Position numbers and translations under genes: made by a program. This document shows positions 1 through 8,519 of a stretch of DNA of 21,503 bases, piece by piece. The notes beneath the pieces are model-generated. The model saw only the letters and a program-made list of their open reading frames with translations. It was not told the origin of the DNA and made no database searches. The stretch is from positions 1 to 21,503 of the forward strand of contig JBFMAY010000054.1 in the NCBI GenBank assembly GCA_040755455.1. Direction: 5' to 3'. The stretch is from Thermodesulfobacteriota bacterium. GTDB taxonomy: Bacteria > Desulfobacterota > Desulfobulbia > Desulfobulbales > SURF-16. Each line of letters begins with the position of its first letter. Position 1 is the stretch's first letter.

Positions 1-1433
1 GAAATGATCTCATGCCTGTCCCAGAATCGATACTGCCGTTGCGTAAAATCCGCCTTTTTCAGATTCTCGCCAAAGACCAGGACCGCCTGTATCTCTTCGC
101 TCTGTAATTTGCCGATGTCATGTATCAAGCCCGTTATCTCAAAAACAAGTACCGTTTTCCGGTCAAACCCAGATGCTGCAGCCAGCCTCCTGGCCAGCCG
201 CGAAACAGCCTCCAGGTGCAGCAGAACTGATTGTCCTCCGCGGGGATACCTGGCGACCAGGTGGCTTAACACCACTCTCACATTCTCTTTAAGCTCCATT
301 AATTCGCTTAATGACTCAACCGGATGGCCCTTGGCCTGCTCGACGACATCCAGAGAAACGGTCGGCAATCGTCCTTCCTTTTCCGCGGCATCCCTGCCGG
401 TCGGTTTTCTCTTTATTGATTTGACGGAAAAATCCCTGCATTCATCCGCCAACCCCTTGATGCCGTGTGGTAAAACCAATGGCCCCAGGGAAAAAATGTG
501 GCTGATGATATCCTGGCGGATTTTTTTCATGGCCGATGTTGACAGGTTTAATTCCCGCGCCAGATCTTGCTGAAATTTCTCCATGTTATGCAAACCGGAT
601 TGCTGCAGCCTGTCCTGCGTACGCCAATCAACACCAGTAAAGACCTCCGGCGCGGAAAGCTGGTAAACGGCTTCCCGCTCCTCAGAGCTTAAGCCCCCCT
701 CTTGAGGCGATAACTGCATAAAGCGCCCCACGATAACATGCCTGAATTCCTTGCTGAAATCAACATGCCCGGCAGGCGGCCATGGCGCGGGAACCGGCTC
801 TATCAACCCGGATGCCAGCAACTCCATGCCCTCATTGCTACAAGTGTAAACATGCGTGGCGTAAGCCACGCGGGTCAACAACTGGGCGATGTTGTCCAAT
901 ACCCCAAGAAACCTGCCGAAGGAATCATCCCTTTCCTGCGCAAAATCTTCGGGGTTATCCGAGAACCAGCCGAGCAGATTAGAGGCCGCTTCCACTATGT
1001 CTACTTTTTTATAGGAGTCCCTGTGCGCATTTATGTTTTCCGTGGGAGCAAATGTATTCGCGCATATCGCCCAAAACCTATCCTCACCTTCCGCCGGCCT
1101 CCAATCTTTTCTTATTTTAACCAATAATCTATCTATGAACCCTATGAACCCGGCGTTATCATAATTTTTATAACAACCTGCCAGGCCTGAGGCCAATGTT
1201 TCCAATTCCCTTGCCTGTTGATGAATTTCCCGGCAATGAACGGTTAAGATAGGAGATGATGCCCCTGACGCCGAAACTTCGCTTATAACCCGGACAAAAG
1301 CGGCGTTGTCTTCTTTTGTAACCATGGCGTTAAAGATGCCCCGGCGCTCCAACTCTAACCCATGAGGATACAAATCCGATAATGAGCGTCTGTCATGCGT
1401 GGTGCATAAGATTATTTTCTGATCCGGGTTCAT
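1..1433 (-). CDS. Large HD-domain (metal-dependent phosphohydrolase) protein, >477 aa, 3' end outside the window
   Basis: Manual translation of the minus strand is open from ATG 1433 (alternative ATG 1325) to the window edge, with an in-frame TAA upstream at 1470-1472. It begins MNPDQKIILCTTHDRR and ends ...SVLLHLEAVSRLARRLAASGFDRKTVLVFEITGLIHDIGKLQSEEIQAVLVFGENLKKADFTQRQYRFWDRHEII. The H...HDIGK...H pattern is typical of HD domains. It is absent from the ORF track because its stop lies outside the window. Confidence 0.8.
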   Translation of the reverse strand, partial: MNPDQKIILCTTHDRRSLSDLYPHGLELERRGIFNAMVTKEDNAAFVRVISEVSASGASSPILTVHCREIHQQARELETLASGLAGCYKNYDNAGFIGFIDRLLVKIRKDWRPAEGEDRFWAICANTFAPTENINAHRDSYKKVDIVEAASNLLGWFSDNPEDFAQERDDSFGRFLGVLDNIAQLLTRVAYATHVYTCSNEGMELLASGLIEPVPAPWPPAGHVDFSKEFRHVIVGRFMQLSPQEGGLSSEEREAVYQLSAPEVFTGVDWRTQDRLQQSGLHNMEKFQQDLARELNLSTSAMKKIRQDIISHIFSLGPLVLPHGIKGLADECRDFSVKSIKRKPTGRDAAEKEGRLPTVSLDVVEQAKGHPVESLSELMELKENVRVVLSHLVARYPRGGQSVLLHLEAVSRLARRLAAASGFDRKTVLVFEITGLIHDIGKLQSEEIQAVLVFGENLKKADFTQRQYRFWDRHEII

Positions 1434-1591
1434 TTCATGTATCTTTTTTTGCCGTTCATTCCCGGCATATTAAAATCGGCGATCAAAAGATCACCACGAG
1501 GCCGCCCAATGAAATGAGGGGGATATTGAGACTTGTGAAATCAGGCTATCATCTGACCAGAACGTACCAACAACTTTAAGCTCTAACCATT

Positions 1592-2524
1592 TCAGGCCCT
1601 TTTCCGGCAGCAGGGCGCCGGAAAACTGAGCATCCCCGTGGAAGAGTCCATCACCGCCTCGCTGCCCACCGGCACGATCATGTTCTGTTTGCCGTGGCCG
1701 ATGGGGAAATTCGCCCAGACCGGCAGGGTCTCGTCGGCGAACAGTTCCATTACCCTGTGCCAGATCATTTCCTGGTCCCCGCAGTTGGTGAATGAACCGA
1801 GGATAAGGCCGCGGATGCCGGCAAACCGGCCTGCCATTTTGAGATGGGTCAGCATGCGGTCAACGCGGTAGGGGGCCTCGCCCACATCCTCCAGAAAGAC
1901 AATTTTATCTTGCCACGGCACCTCAAAAGGGGTGGCCAGCAGATGGACCGCCGTGGTCAGGTTGCCGCCGGTGAGTCTGCCCGCGGCTTGGCCCGGTTTG
2001 AGGATTTCAACCGATGGCGTTTTAATCGGCTGGCAGGCGCCGCTGGTGATGGTGTCAAAAAAAGAGAGCAGGGACTGTTTGTCATGCTTGGCCAGGGTGG
2101 TGACCATCGGTCCGTGGAAGGTGACCAGGCCGGTCTGCTGGAAAATGGCGCAGTGCAGGGCGGTGATGTCGCTGAAGCCGATGAAGATCTTCGGATGCAG
2201 GCGGATCAGCTGGTAATCAATGGCCGAGAGAATACGCAGCGAACCATAGCCCCCCCGCACGGCAAGCACGGCCCTGACCTCTGGGTCGCGCCATATTGCC
2301 TGGAAGATGGCGGTGCGATGCTGGTCCGGGCCGGCCAGGTAGTTGTCCTTTGCCGCCAGATCAGGGGCTGTTTTCACCTTGAAGCCGTATTGATCGAGGA
2401 TCTGCACCCCGCGGCTAAACTCGACCTCATCCCAGGGGCCGGCTGGTGCTACCAGGCCGATGGTGTCCCCTTTCCTCAAGGAGGATGGGAAGAGAGATGT
2501 GGTCCGGTCAGCTGTTTCGTGCAT
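1592..2524 (-). CDS. ldcA: LD-carboxypeptidase (peptidase S66, muramoyltetrapeptide carboxypeptidase family)
   Basis: Motifs LRKGDTIGLVAPAG, RGGYG, GFSDIT (catalytic Ser), GGNL, FLEDVGE (Glu) and IGHG (His). Likely start is ATG 2524, overlapping the coaX end by 17 nt; the ORF-track start at 2593 lies deeper inside coaX. Confidence 0.9.
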   Translation of the reverse strand: MHETADRTTSLFPSSLRKGDTIGLVAPAGPWDEVEFSRGVQILDQYGFKVKTAPDLAAKDNYLAGPDQHRTAIFQAIWRDPEVRAVLAVRGGYGSLRILSAIDYQLIRLHPKIFIGFSDITALHCAIFQQTGLVTFHGPMVTTLAKHDKQSLLSFFDTITSGACQPIKTPSVEILKPGQAAGRLTGGNLTTAVHLLATPFEVPWQDKIVFLEDVGEAPYRVDRMLTHLKMAGRFAGIRGLILGSFTNCGDQEMIWHRVMELFADETLPVWANFPIGHGKQNMIVPVGSEAVMDSSTGMLSFPAPCCRKRA

Positions 2525-3281
2525 GGATGATCTGTAATCCTTCCAGGGTGAGCATGGGTTCCACGGCTTCGATTGACGGCGCGAAGGGAGCAACGACCCC
2601 GGCCATCCCGCCGGTGGCGATCACCTTGGGGACAGCTGGGTGAAACTGTTGGGCTATCCGGCTGACAAGTCCCTCCACCAGGCCGCCGAAACCGTATAAA
2701 AGGCCTGATTTCAGGGCGGTTTCCGTATTGGTGCCGATGGGCTGCCGTGGCGGTGAACTGATATCGATCCTGGGCAGTTTTGCCGTCTGGTTGATGAGGG
2801 CGTCAAAGGATATGCCGAGTCCGGGGGCGATGGCCCCGCCGAGGTATTCACCTTTTGCGGACACACAGTCAAAGGTGATCGCCGTGCCGAAGTCCACGAT
2901 GATCAGCTCTTTTTTATAGCGGCTGTAAGCGGCCACCGCATTGATGATCCGGTCCGCCCCCACTTCAGCGGGATTGTCGGTGACGATTGCTATGCCGGTG
3001 TCAATTTTGCCCCCCGTGACCAGCAAGGGCTCACAGTTGAGGTACTTTCGGGCCATCTTGTCCCAGACGGATTCCAGGGGAGGGGCCACGGAGCCGATGA
3101 TCACCCCGCTTACTTCATCAAACCGGCGATTCTTGAGCTGGAAAAGCCCATGCAGTCTTGCCGCCAGTTCATCGGATGTGGTGCTGCGGTTGGTTTGCAC
3201 GCGCCAATCACAGACCAGAGTTCTGCCCTGGAACAGGCCCAGCACCATATGACTGTTGCCGATATCTACTGCCAGTAACAT
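2508..3281 (-). CDS. coaX: Type III pantothenate kinase
   Basis: MLLAVDIGNS N-terminus, EVGADR, IIVDFGTAITFD, YLGGAIAPG, ATGG and LTLEGL motifs; 257 aa. Confidence 0.95.
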   Translation of the reverse strand: MLLAVDIGNSHMVLGLFQGRTLVCDWRVQTNRSTTSDELAARLHGLFQLKNRRFDEVSGVIIGSVAPPLESVWDKMARKYLNCEPLLVTGGKIDTGIAIVTDNPAEVGADRIINAVAAYSRYKKELIIVDFGTAITFDCVSAKGEYLGGAIAPGLGISFDALINQTAKLPRIDISSPPRQPIGTNTETALKSGLLYGFGGLVEGLVSRIAQQFHPAVPKVIATGGMAGVVAPFAPSIEAVEPMLTLEGLQIIHARNS

Positions 3282-3429
3282 TGTCGCACCATGTTAAAAT
3301 TGTTTTTACAATGGATCAATTCTGGAATACTATAACCGATAATAGCGGGAATCCGTTAAAAAAATGTAAGCCATCCCATCATCAGCGGCCTTGTTTGATT
3401 TTTTGCCAATTGCAGCATGAGAGAGAGAT

Positions 3430-4520
3430 TTGAAGGTTCAATATAAAATTTTAATCGTCGATGACGAGCCGATCATCCTGTTATATATCCAGGATCTGCT
3501 GGCGTCGGTCGGTGATTATCTCGTTGAGACTGCCGAATCAGGTGAGCAGGCCCTGGAAGTTCTGCCTGTATTCAAGCCCGACCTTATTCTGCTCGATATT
3601 CAGCTGCCCGCCATGAACGGTTATGAAGTCTGCCGGAAAATCAGGGCGGACGATCAGTACCGTTTCACCAAAATAATCATGGTTTCCGGCCATGCCCGCG
3701 TCAACGAGCGCCTGAAGGGCTATGAGGCCGGGGCTGATGATTATATGGGCAAACCCTTTGATAATGAGGAGCTTCTCGCCAAGGTGCGGGTGTTTACCCA
3801 GCTGAAAAACAAGGAGGAGGTGGATCAGGTCAAGGGTGATCTGCTTACCCTGATTACCCACGAAACCAGGACTCCTGTCAGCGGCATCATCGGGTGCGCC
3901 GAGCTGCTTGCCAATGTCCATCGTTATCGGAGGAGGGCAAGGAGCTTGCGGCACTCATTGTCAAATCCGGCCAGCAGCTTTTCCAGTTCATGAAAAATGC
4001 GGTCCTGCTCTGCAAGCTCAAAGCCGGCATGGAGCTGCATTTCAATCCGGAACCGGTCAGCGGCATGCTGGCCAATGTCATCAATAATCTGGTTGAGGCC
4101 AATGCCGGTCGGCATATCCGCGTTGCCACTGATTTTGATGATGCCATCATCTTGCAGGCTGATTGGCCGCTGTTGATCAATGTCTTCAAATTCGTCATTG
4201 AGAACGCCTATAAGTTTTCGCCGGAGTCAGGCACCATCACCATCAAAAGCTGGCAGGCGGACGGCATCCTGTTCGTGACCGTGCAGGACGAGGGTGAAGG
4301 CGTTGATCCCCATATGCGGGAGCAGATATTCGACGAGTTTGCCATCAAGGATGTGGCCCATCATCAGAAAGGTCAGGGGATCAGCCTGGCCATCTGCCGC
4401 TATATCCTCCATTATCACCATGGCACGATCCACGTTGAAGGCAATCCGGGCAGCGGGGCGACTTTTGTCATAAAGCTGCCGCTGCAAAGCATAGAAGGCA
4501 TTGACGAAGACGAGTCCTGA
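3430..4520 (+). pseudogene. Hybrid response regulator/histidine kinase (REC-HisKA-HATPase_c) split by a single-base frameshift near 3910-3920 (pseudogene or sequencing error)
   Basis: ORF 3430..3993 carries REC (ILIVDDEP, LLDIQLP, KPF) and the H-box ITHETRTPVSGIIG. ORF 3894..4520 continues with SLSEEGKELAALIVKSGQQL, N-box ENAYKFS, G1 QDEGEG, F-box IFDEF and G2 GQGISL. Adding one base gives about 363 aa. Confidence 0.85.
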
Positions 4521-4723
4521 TGGAAGAGCGACAAAAAAACGTCCGGCACCGCCGCAGGAAGGGGTATGTCTGCCATTGCTGCAAGAAGGAGTTGCCCTAT
4601 TGTTTTAATTGTCCCTGCGGCTTCCAGATCTGTGAGGAGTGCTTTCGCGAGAATCTCTGGGGCATCAGCAATGGTCCCACCTGGGTGTGTCCCGACTGCG
4701 GACGCATCCGCATGACATACTGA
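4520..4723 (+). CDS. Small Cys-rich protein, C4C4 RING-like zinc finger
   Basis: 67 aa with 10 Cys and pattern C-x2-C-x9-C-x-C-x4-C-x2-C-x15-C-x2-C. The start overlaps the kinase stop (TGATG). Confidence 0.8.
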   Translation: MEERQKNVRHRRRKGYVCHCCKKELPYCFNCPCGFQICEECFRENLWGISNGPTWVCPDCGRIRMTY

Positions 4724-4795
4724 TTCCCGCCCGGCAAGGGTAAAGTGGATTACTGATCTTTTTTGCCTGGTTGCCGCCCTTCTCTCTGTCCGTTT

Positions 4796-5689
4796 TTATT
4801 GCGAAAAAGGGCCATTGTCCGCCTCATCCTCCTGCCTGATGAAACAGTGGTGCAGCAGCGGGCCGGTGCCGTGGCCTATGGGATGCGAGGCGCTCCTGTT
4901 CAGCAGGGTATCCATGAAAGCGCAGGTACAGGTAAAGGCTTTCCGCATGTCGTCCGTGCGCATATGATACGCGGTGAGCGCCGAGGCAAAGGTGCAGCCC
5001 GTCCCGTGGGTGTTTCTGGTGCATATTCGGGAATGCTGTGCCTGGGAAACATGGAAGCCCGGCTCCTTCATCCCTTTTTCGGCTGGCGCTTTCTCCACCA
5101 GGTAGTCGGTGATGGTTTTCCCCTGGACATTCATGTGGCCTCCCTTGACGCAAATTGCCTTGAGGCGGGGCGAGAGGGCAAACAGGCTTTGCGCGGCGGC
5201 AAGGGCGCTGCCTTCATCACCGCATTCAAGGCCGGAAAAGATTTCCAGTTCCGCAATGTTCGGGGTGAGAACGGTTGAACGGCTGATGATATGTTCGATT
5301 ACGGCGGTGCTGCCGGGGGTAAACAGGGAAATGCCGCCTGAGGATTTGATGACCGGGTCATAAATGACCTCCCCGGCGAACCCTGCCAGCACCTCGCCGA
5401 TAGCCAGGGCAATTTCCTGGTTGCCCACCATGCCGATTTTGATGTGGGTGACGTTCAGGTCGGCAAGCACGTCTTGAATCTGTTTTTTGACAAAGCTGGC
5501 GGGCAGCGGCAGGTAGGATGACACGCCCAGGGTGTTTTGCGCGGTAAGGGCCGTGATTGCCGCCCCGCAATAGACCCCGAGGACGGTGAATGTCTTGATG
5601 TCCGCCTGGATGCCGGCCCCGCCGGAAGGATCTGATCCGGCAATGGCCAGCGCCACCGGCCTGTTGTCCTGGGGGTGCATTGCAACCAT
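4796..5689 (-). CDS. thiD: Hydroxymethylpyrimidine/phosphomethylpyrimidine kinase
   Basis: ALAIAGSDPSGGAGIQADIKTF, ALTAQNT, IKIGM, YDPV, TPN, KGGH and THGTGCTFASA motifs. Start is 5689 or 5680. Confidence 0.95.
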   Translation of the reverse strand: MVAMHPQDNRPVALAIAGSDPSGGAGIQADIKTFTVLGVYCGAAITALTAQNTLGVSSYLPLPASFVKKQIQDVLADLNVTHIKIGMVGNQEIALAIGEVLAGFAGEVIYDPVIKSSGGISLFTPGSTAVIEHIISRSTVLTPNIAELEIFSGLECGDEGSALAAAQSLFALSPRLKAICVKGGHMNVQGKTITDYLVEKAPAEKGMKEPGFHVSQAQHSRICTRNTHGTGCTFASALTAYHMRTDDMRKAFTCTCAFMDTLLNRSASHPIGHGTGPLLHHCFIRQEDEADNGPFSQ

Positions 5690-5735
5690 GTTCGAAAAAC
5701 CTCGTCAGGATGGACGGGAAAAAAACAAGAGGCGG

Positions 5736-6203
5736 TCAGTTTTGCCCGGAGCGGTCCAGTTGATGTGGTTCTATATGCTGCAGGGTTATCTTGTAAACGA
5801 CCTGTTTGCCGGCAAGGGGGTGGTTGAAATCAATTGTCACCATGTCACCGGAAACCGCGGTGACCATCGCCGGCACCTGATGCTGCTTGCCATCTTTTTC
5901 CATGGACATGCCCACCACGACGCCCGGCTTGATGTCCGCATCGGCATCCCATGATGAGCGGCTCACGGTGTGGATTAGGTCCTGCCGGGGCAACCCGTAG
6001 GCTTCTTCAGGTTGCAGGCGGATTTCCTTGCTTTCGTTGATCCCCATGCCAACGACCGCCTCTTCAAAACCGGGCATCACGCTGGCTGTTCCCAGGCGGA
6101 ATTTAAGAGGTCCGGTATCCTGGGATGATTCAAAAATTTCACCGTTTTCGAGAATTCCATCATAAATGACGGTGACAAGATCACCGGGTTTTGCCTTCTG
6201 CAT
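5736..6203 (-). CDS. slyD: FKBP-type peptidyl-prolyl isomerase, SlyD-like (IF insertion domain, no His-rich tail)
   Basis: PLKFRLG, PGFEEAVVGM, PEEAYG and IDFNHPLAGK motifs; 155 aa. Confidence 0.85.
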   Translation of the reverse strand: MQKAKPGDLVTVIYDGILENGEIFESSQDTGPLKFRLGTASVMPGFEEAVVGMGINESKEIRLQPEEAYGLPRQDLIHTVSRSSWDADADIKPGVVVGMSMEKDGKQHQVPAMVTAVSGDMVTIDFNHPLAGKQVVYKITLQHIEPHQLDRSGQN

Positions 6204-6256
6204 ATGTTTTACTCCTTGTCTACTCGGGTAAATGTTGACGGTCTCCCGCAGGTCCT

Positions 6257-7702
6257 TCAGCTCTGGTGCAGCGACCGGAGGTGATCGCTGGCGGTTTCAA
6301 TTCTGACCAGCAGGCGGTCAAGCAGGACTTCCGCCGTTTTCGGCAGGGAAGGGGAAGCGCTTTCCTCTGCCGGGTCTGGTCTTCTTTCAGCCTTGAATTG
6401 GGCGAAATCCTTTTCTATGCGGGAACCATAGGTTGATATTGCCTCTTTCATGAGGCGGTAAAGATCATCATAGGGATACGGTTTCCTGAATTTACTGATA
6501 AGGCTGTCAATAAAGTCGGGGATCCTTATAACATCTTCATTATTTCCGCAATAATAGTAAGGGCAGGAAGACAGGGCAATGAATATTTTTTGCGTAAGGA
6601 TTTCTTCGTCAAGCGTTCCGCTGCCGTCCGTGGTCGATAAGGCAAGCTTGAAGCGGCGGATTATTCCCCTGAGGCCCCGGAAATAACCTCTGCTGATTTC
6701 TGCGGCAACAATCCGGGGATTAAGGTTGAAGCCTGGTTCATTCATGGTGACGGCAAGATGGGGCAAATATGAGTAGCGCAGGGATGCATAGAAAGTTTGC
6801 AGATTGTCAAGCAGCACCTCGATGGTTTCAATTTCCTTGATGAAGTTTGCTTTGTACTGGAATTCACAGATGGTTCTGCCCAATTTCTTCCCTTCCGCTG
6901 CCAATGATTCGAGGATTGCCGAAAACGGTTTCGCCCGGAGGAACCTGATGTCATCGTTGATGAGGTCAATTTGGGTGATTTCGTCGCTGAGCGACCGGTT
7001 GATGGCTGCCAGAAAGAGATGGATTTCTTTCAGAGCCTGGTAGCAGGTGTCGATCTGGCGCAATAAGATGACCTTGGCCAACTCAGGTATGGCAGGCAAG
7101 GCGAGTTGGCGGAATTTTGCTTCAATCCGGTCAGCTTTTGCCGAGATATCATGGATGTTGAAAAATTTTTCCTTGAAGTCGTTATCAGCGGTAACCAGTT
7201 TGAAAACCAGGTAACCCTTGTCAAATATCTCCTGTTGCCTGCTGGATCTGGCGGCATCAGCCCTGGCCAGCTCGAGGAGATTTTTGAGCGAGAGTTTTTC
7301 CTGGATGTTGTGGGCCGCCTCAACCAGTATTGCCCTGTATTGCCTCAGTCTGGCCAGGGGCGTCTGCAGTTCTCCCGCCGCATTGCGCAGTTTGAGTGTC
7401 AGCTTGTGCGCTTCATTGGCGTCAAGGCTGTTCAAGCGCAGGTCCGCCTCAAGATTGCTCAGTTCATTTTCATGCCTGGTCACATGCTGCAAGGTATCGT
7501 CAACGGTTTTCCGGTAACCGCCGGCGGCTGCCTGCACTTCGTGGTGGTTGATGCCGATCTCCGCAAGGATTGCGGCGTGTTTCCCGATGTCAAGAGTGCT
7601 CCACTGCCTTACCACCGGGTCGCTTGATATGATCTGGGCCTCGGAGCGGCAGTGGCTGAGAAGGTTTTTGATGTCGGCAATGGTTTCTGCTGTATTTTCC
7701 AT
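6257..7702 (-). CDS. Hypothetical alpha-helical/coiled-coil protein (about 481 aa)
   Basis: Long ORF rich in Leu/Ile/Glu heptad-like segments. Likely start is ATG 7702 (MENTAETIADI); the 7795 extension runs through AT-rich promoter DNA. No family recognised. Confidence 0.75.
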   Translation of the reverse strand: MENTAETIADIKNLLSHCRSEAQIISSDPVVRQWSTLDIGKHAAILAEIGINHHEVQAAAGGYRKTVDDTLQHVTRHENELSNLEADLRLNSLDANEAHKLTLKLRNAAGELQTPLARLRQYRAILVEAAHNIQEKLSLKNLLELARADAARSSRQQEIFDKGYLVFKLVTADNDFKEKFFNIHDISAKADRIEAKFRQLALPAIPELAKVILLRQIDTCYQALKEIHLFLAAINRSLSDEITQIDLINDDIRFLRAKPFSAILESLAAEGKKLGRTICEFQYKANFIKEIETIEVLLDNLQTFYASLRYSYLPHLAVTMNEPGFNLNPRIVAAEISRGYFRGLRGIIRRFKLALSTTDGSGTLDEEILTQKIFIALSSCPYYYCGNNEDVIRIPDFIDSLISKFRKPYPYDDLYRLMKEAISTYGSRIEKDFAQFKAERRPDPAEESASPSLPKTAEVLLDRLLVRIETASDHLRSLHQS

Positions 7703-7747
7703 GGGATAGGTTTTTTTTAGGTCCGTGAAAAAAAATAACCTAAAGGT

Positions 7748-7777
7748 TTGACAAGATATTGCTAGGCAATATATAAC
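7748..7777 (+). promoter_or_regulatory. Putative sigma70 promoter with a palindromic operator in the spacer
   Basis: TTGACA (7748-7753), N18, TATAAC (7772-7777); inverted repeat ATATTGC-tag-GCAATAT at 7756-7772. Confidence 0.5.
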
Positions 7778-8190
7778 ATATTCAATTGTAAGCAAATTAT
7801 AAAAAATGATTACCGCCGGGCTGCAGCAGTTTGCCGAGTGGGAAGCAGAGGCTTTCCGGCTCCAGTTACTCCAGAGACGCCGGCCGGGCTTTTTCGCCCG
7901 CCGGCTGGAGAGACACTCCTGACCTGAGTTCCGTTGTGCTGTGTCCTGCTCGTTACCTGCTGAGCGGCCTGATCACTTCATCCGTCTGGTCTTGCGCAAG
8001 CCGCTCCATACCGTCGCTGTGCGCCGGGCCGAATCCCAATGGTGATCAGTAAAAAATCCTGCCTGGTCAGGCTGCGGGGTGATCGATGATAACACATGGA
8101 CTTACCGCCAGCCCCGGCACAAAGTAACGCTTGCAAGAGCAGCGGCCCATGCTGCGCACTTGAAATACAACATAAGAGAGGGGGAAAAAA

Positions 8191-8496
8191 ATGAAAAGGC
8201 GAATTGTCTGCTGTCTGGCCTTGGCCGCAGCACTATCGACCACCGCCGTGTATGCTGACGGCGGGGCACTTTTTAGGGAGAAATGTGGTTCCTGTCACCA
8301 GAAGGGCGCGCAGGCCCCACCGGTAAATCCGGCGGACAAGGCCGCCGTGGTTTGGGAAAAGTTCTTTGACCGAAACCGGCATACCACGGATATCTCGGGA
8401 GCGGTCAATGCCGATGAACTGAAGAGTGTTGTCGAGTATCTCAAGCAATTTGCCGCCGACAGTGACCGTCCTGAGACCGCGGCTATTCCAAAGTAA
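8191..8496 (+). CDS. Secreted monoheme cytochrome c
   Basis: Signal peptide MKRRIVCCLALAAALSTTAVYA, then GGALFREKCGSCH (single CxxCH, class I-like N-terminal helix). Purine-rich RBS GAGAGGGGG upstream. Confidence 0.88.
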   Translation: MKRRIVCCLALAAALSTTAVYADGGALFREKCGSCHQKGAQAPPVNPADKAAVVWEKFFDRNRHTTDISGAVNADELKSVVEYLKQFAADSDRPETAAIPK

Positions 8497-8519
8497 AAGC
8501 TTCTTAAGGGAGAAAAGAG

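Noticed and set aside
4..1127. Plus-strand ORFs 4..573 and 738..1127
   Set aside because: Antisense shadows of the minus-strand HD-domain gene, with no motifs.
1133..1150. 9-bp tandem repeat CTATGAACC x2
   Set aside because: An in-frame GFI-GFI duplication inside a CDS; only two copies, not an array.
2525..2593. N-terminal extension of ldcA in the ORF track
   Set aside because: It lies within coaX and is not S66-like; ATG 2524 is more plausible.
3299..3312. ATTGT-N4-ACAAT palindrome in the coaX/kinase divergent region
   Set aside because: Only 5-bp arms in AT-rich DNA, so expected by chance.
5690..5735. Possible TPP riboswitch before thiD
   Set aside because: The gap is only 46 nt and lacks the CTGAGA and other TPP core motifs.
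8110..8160. Possible sigma54 promoter (GGCAC / GG-N10-GC) upstream of the cytochrome
   Set aside because: The spacing is wrong for the GGCAC copy, and the other copy matches the consensus poorly.
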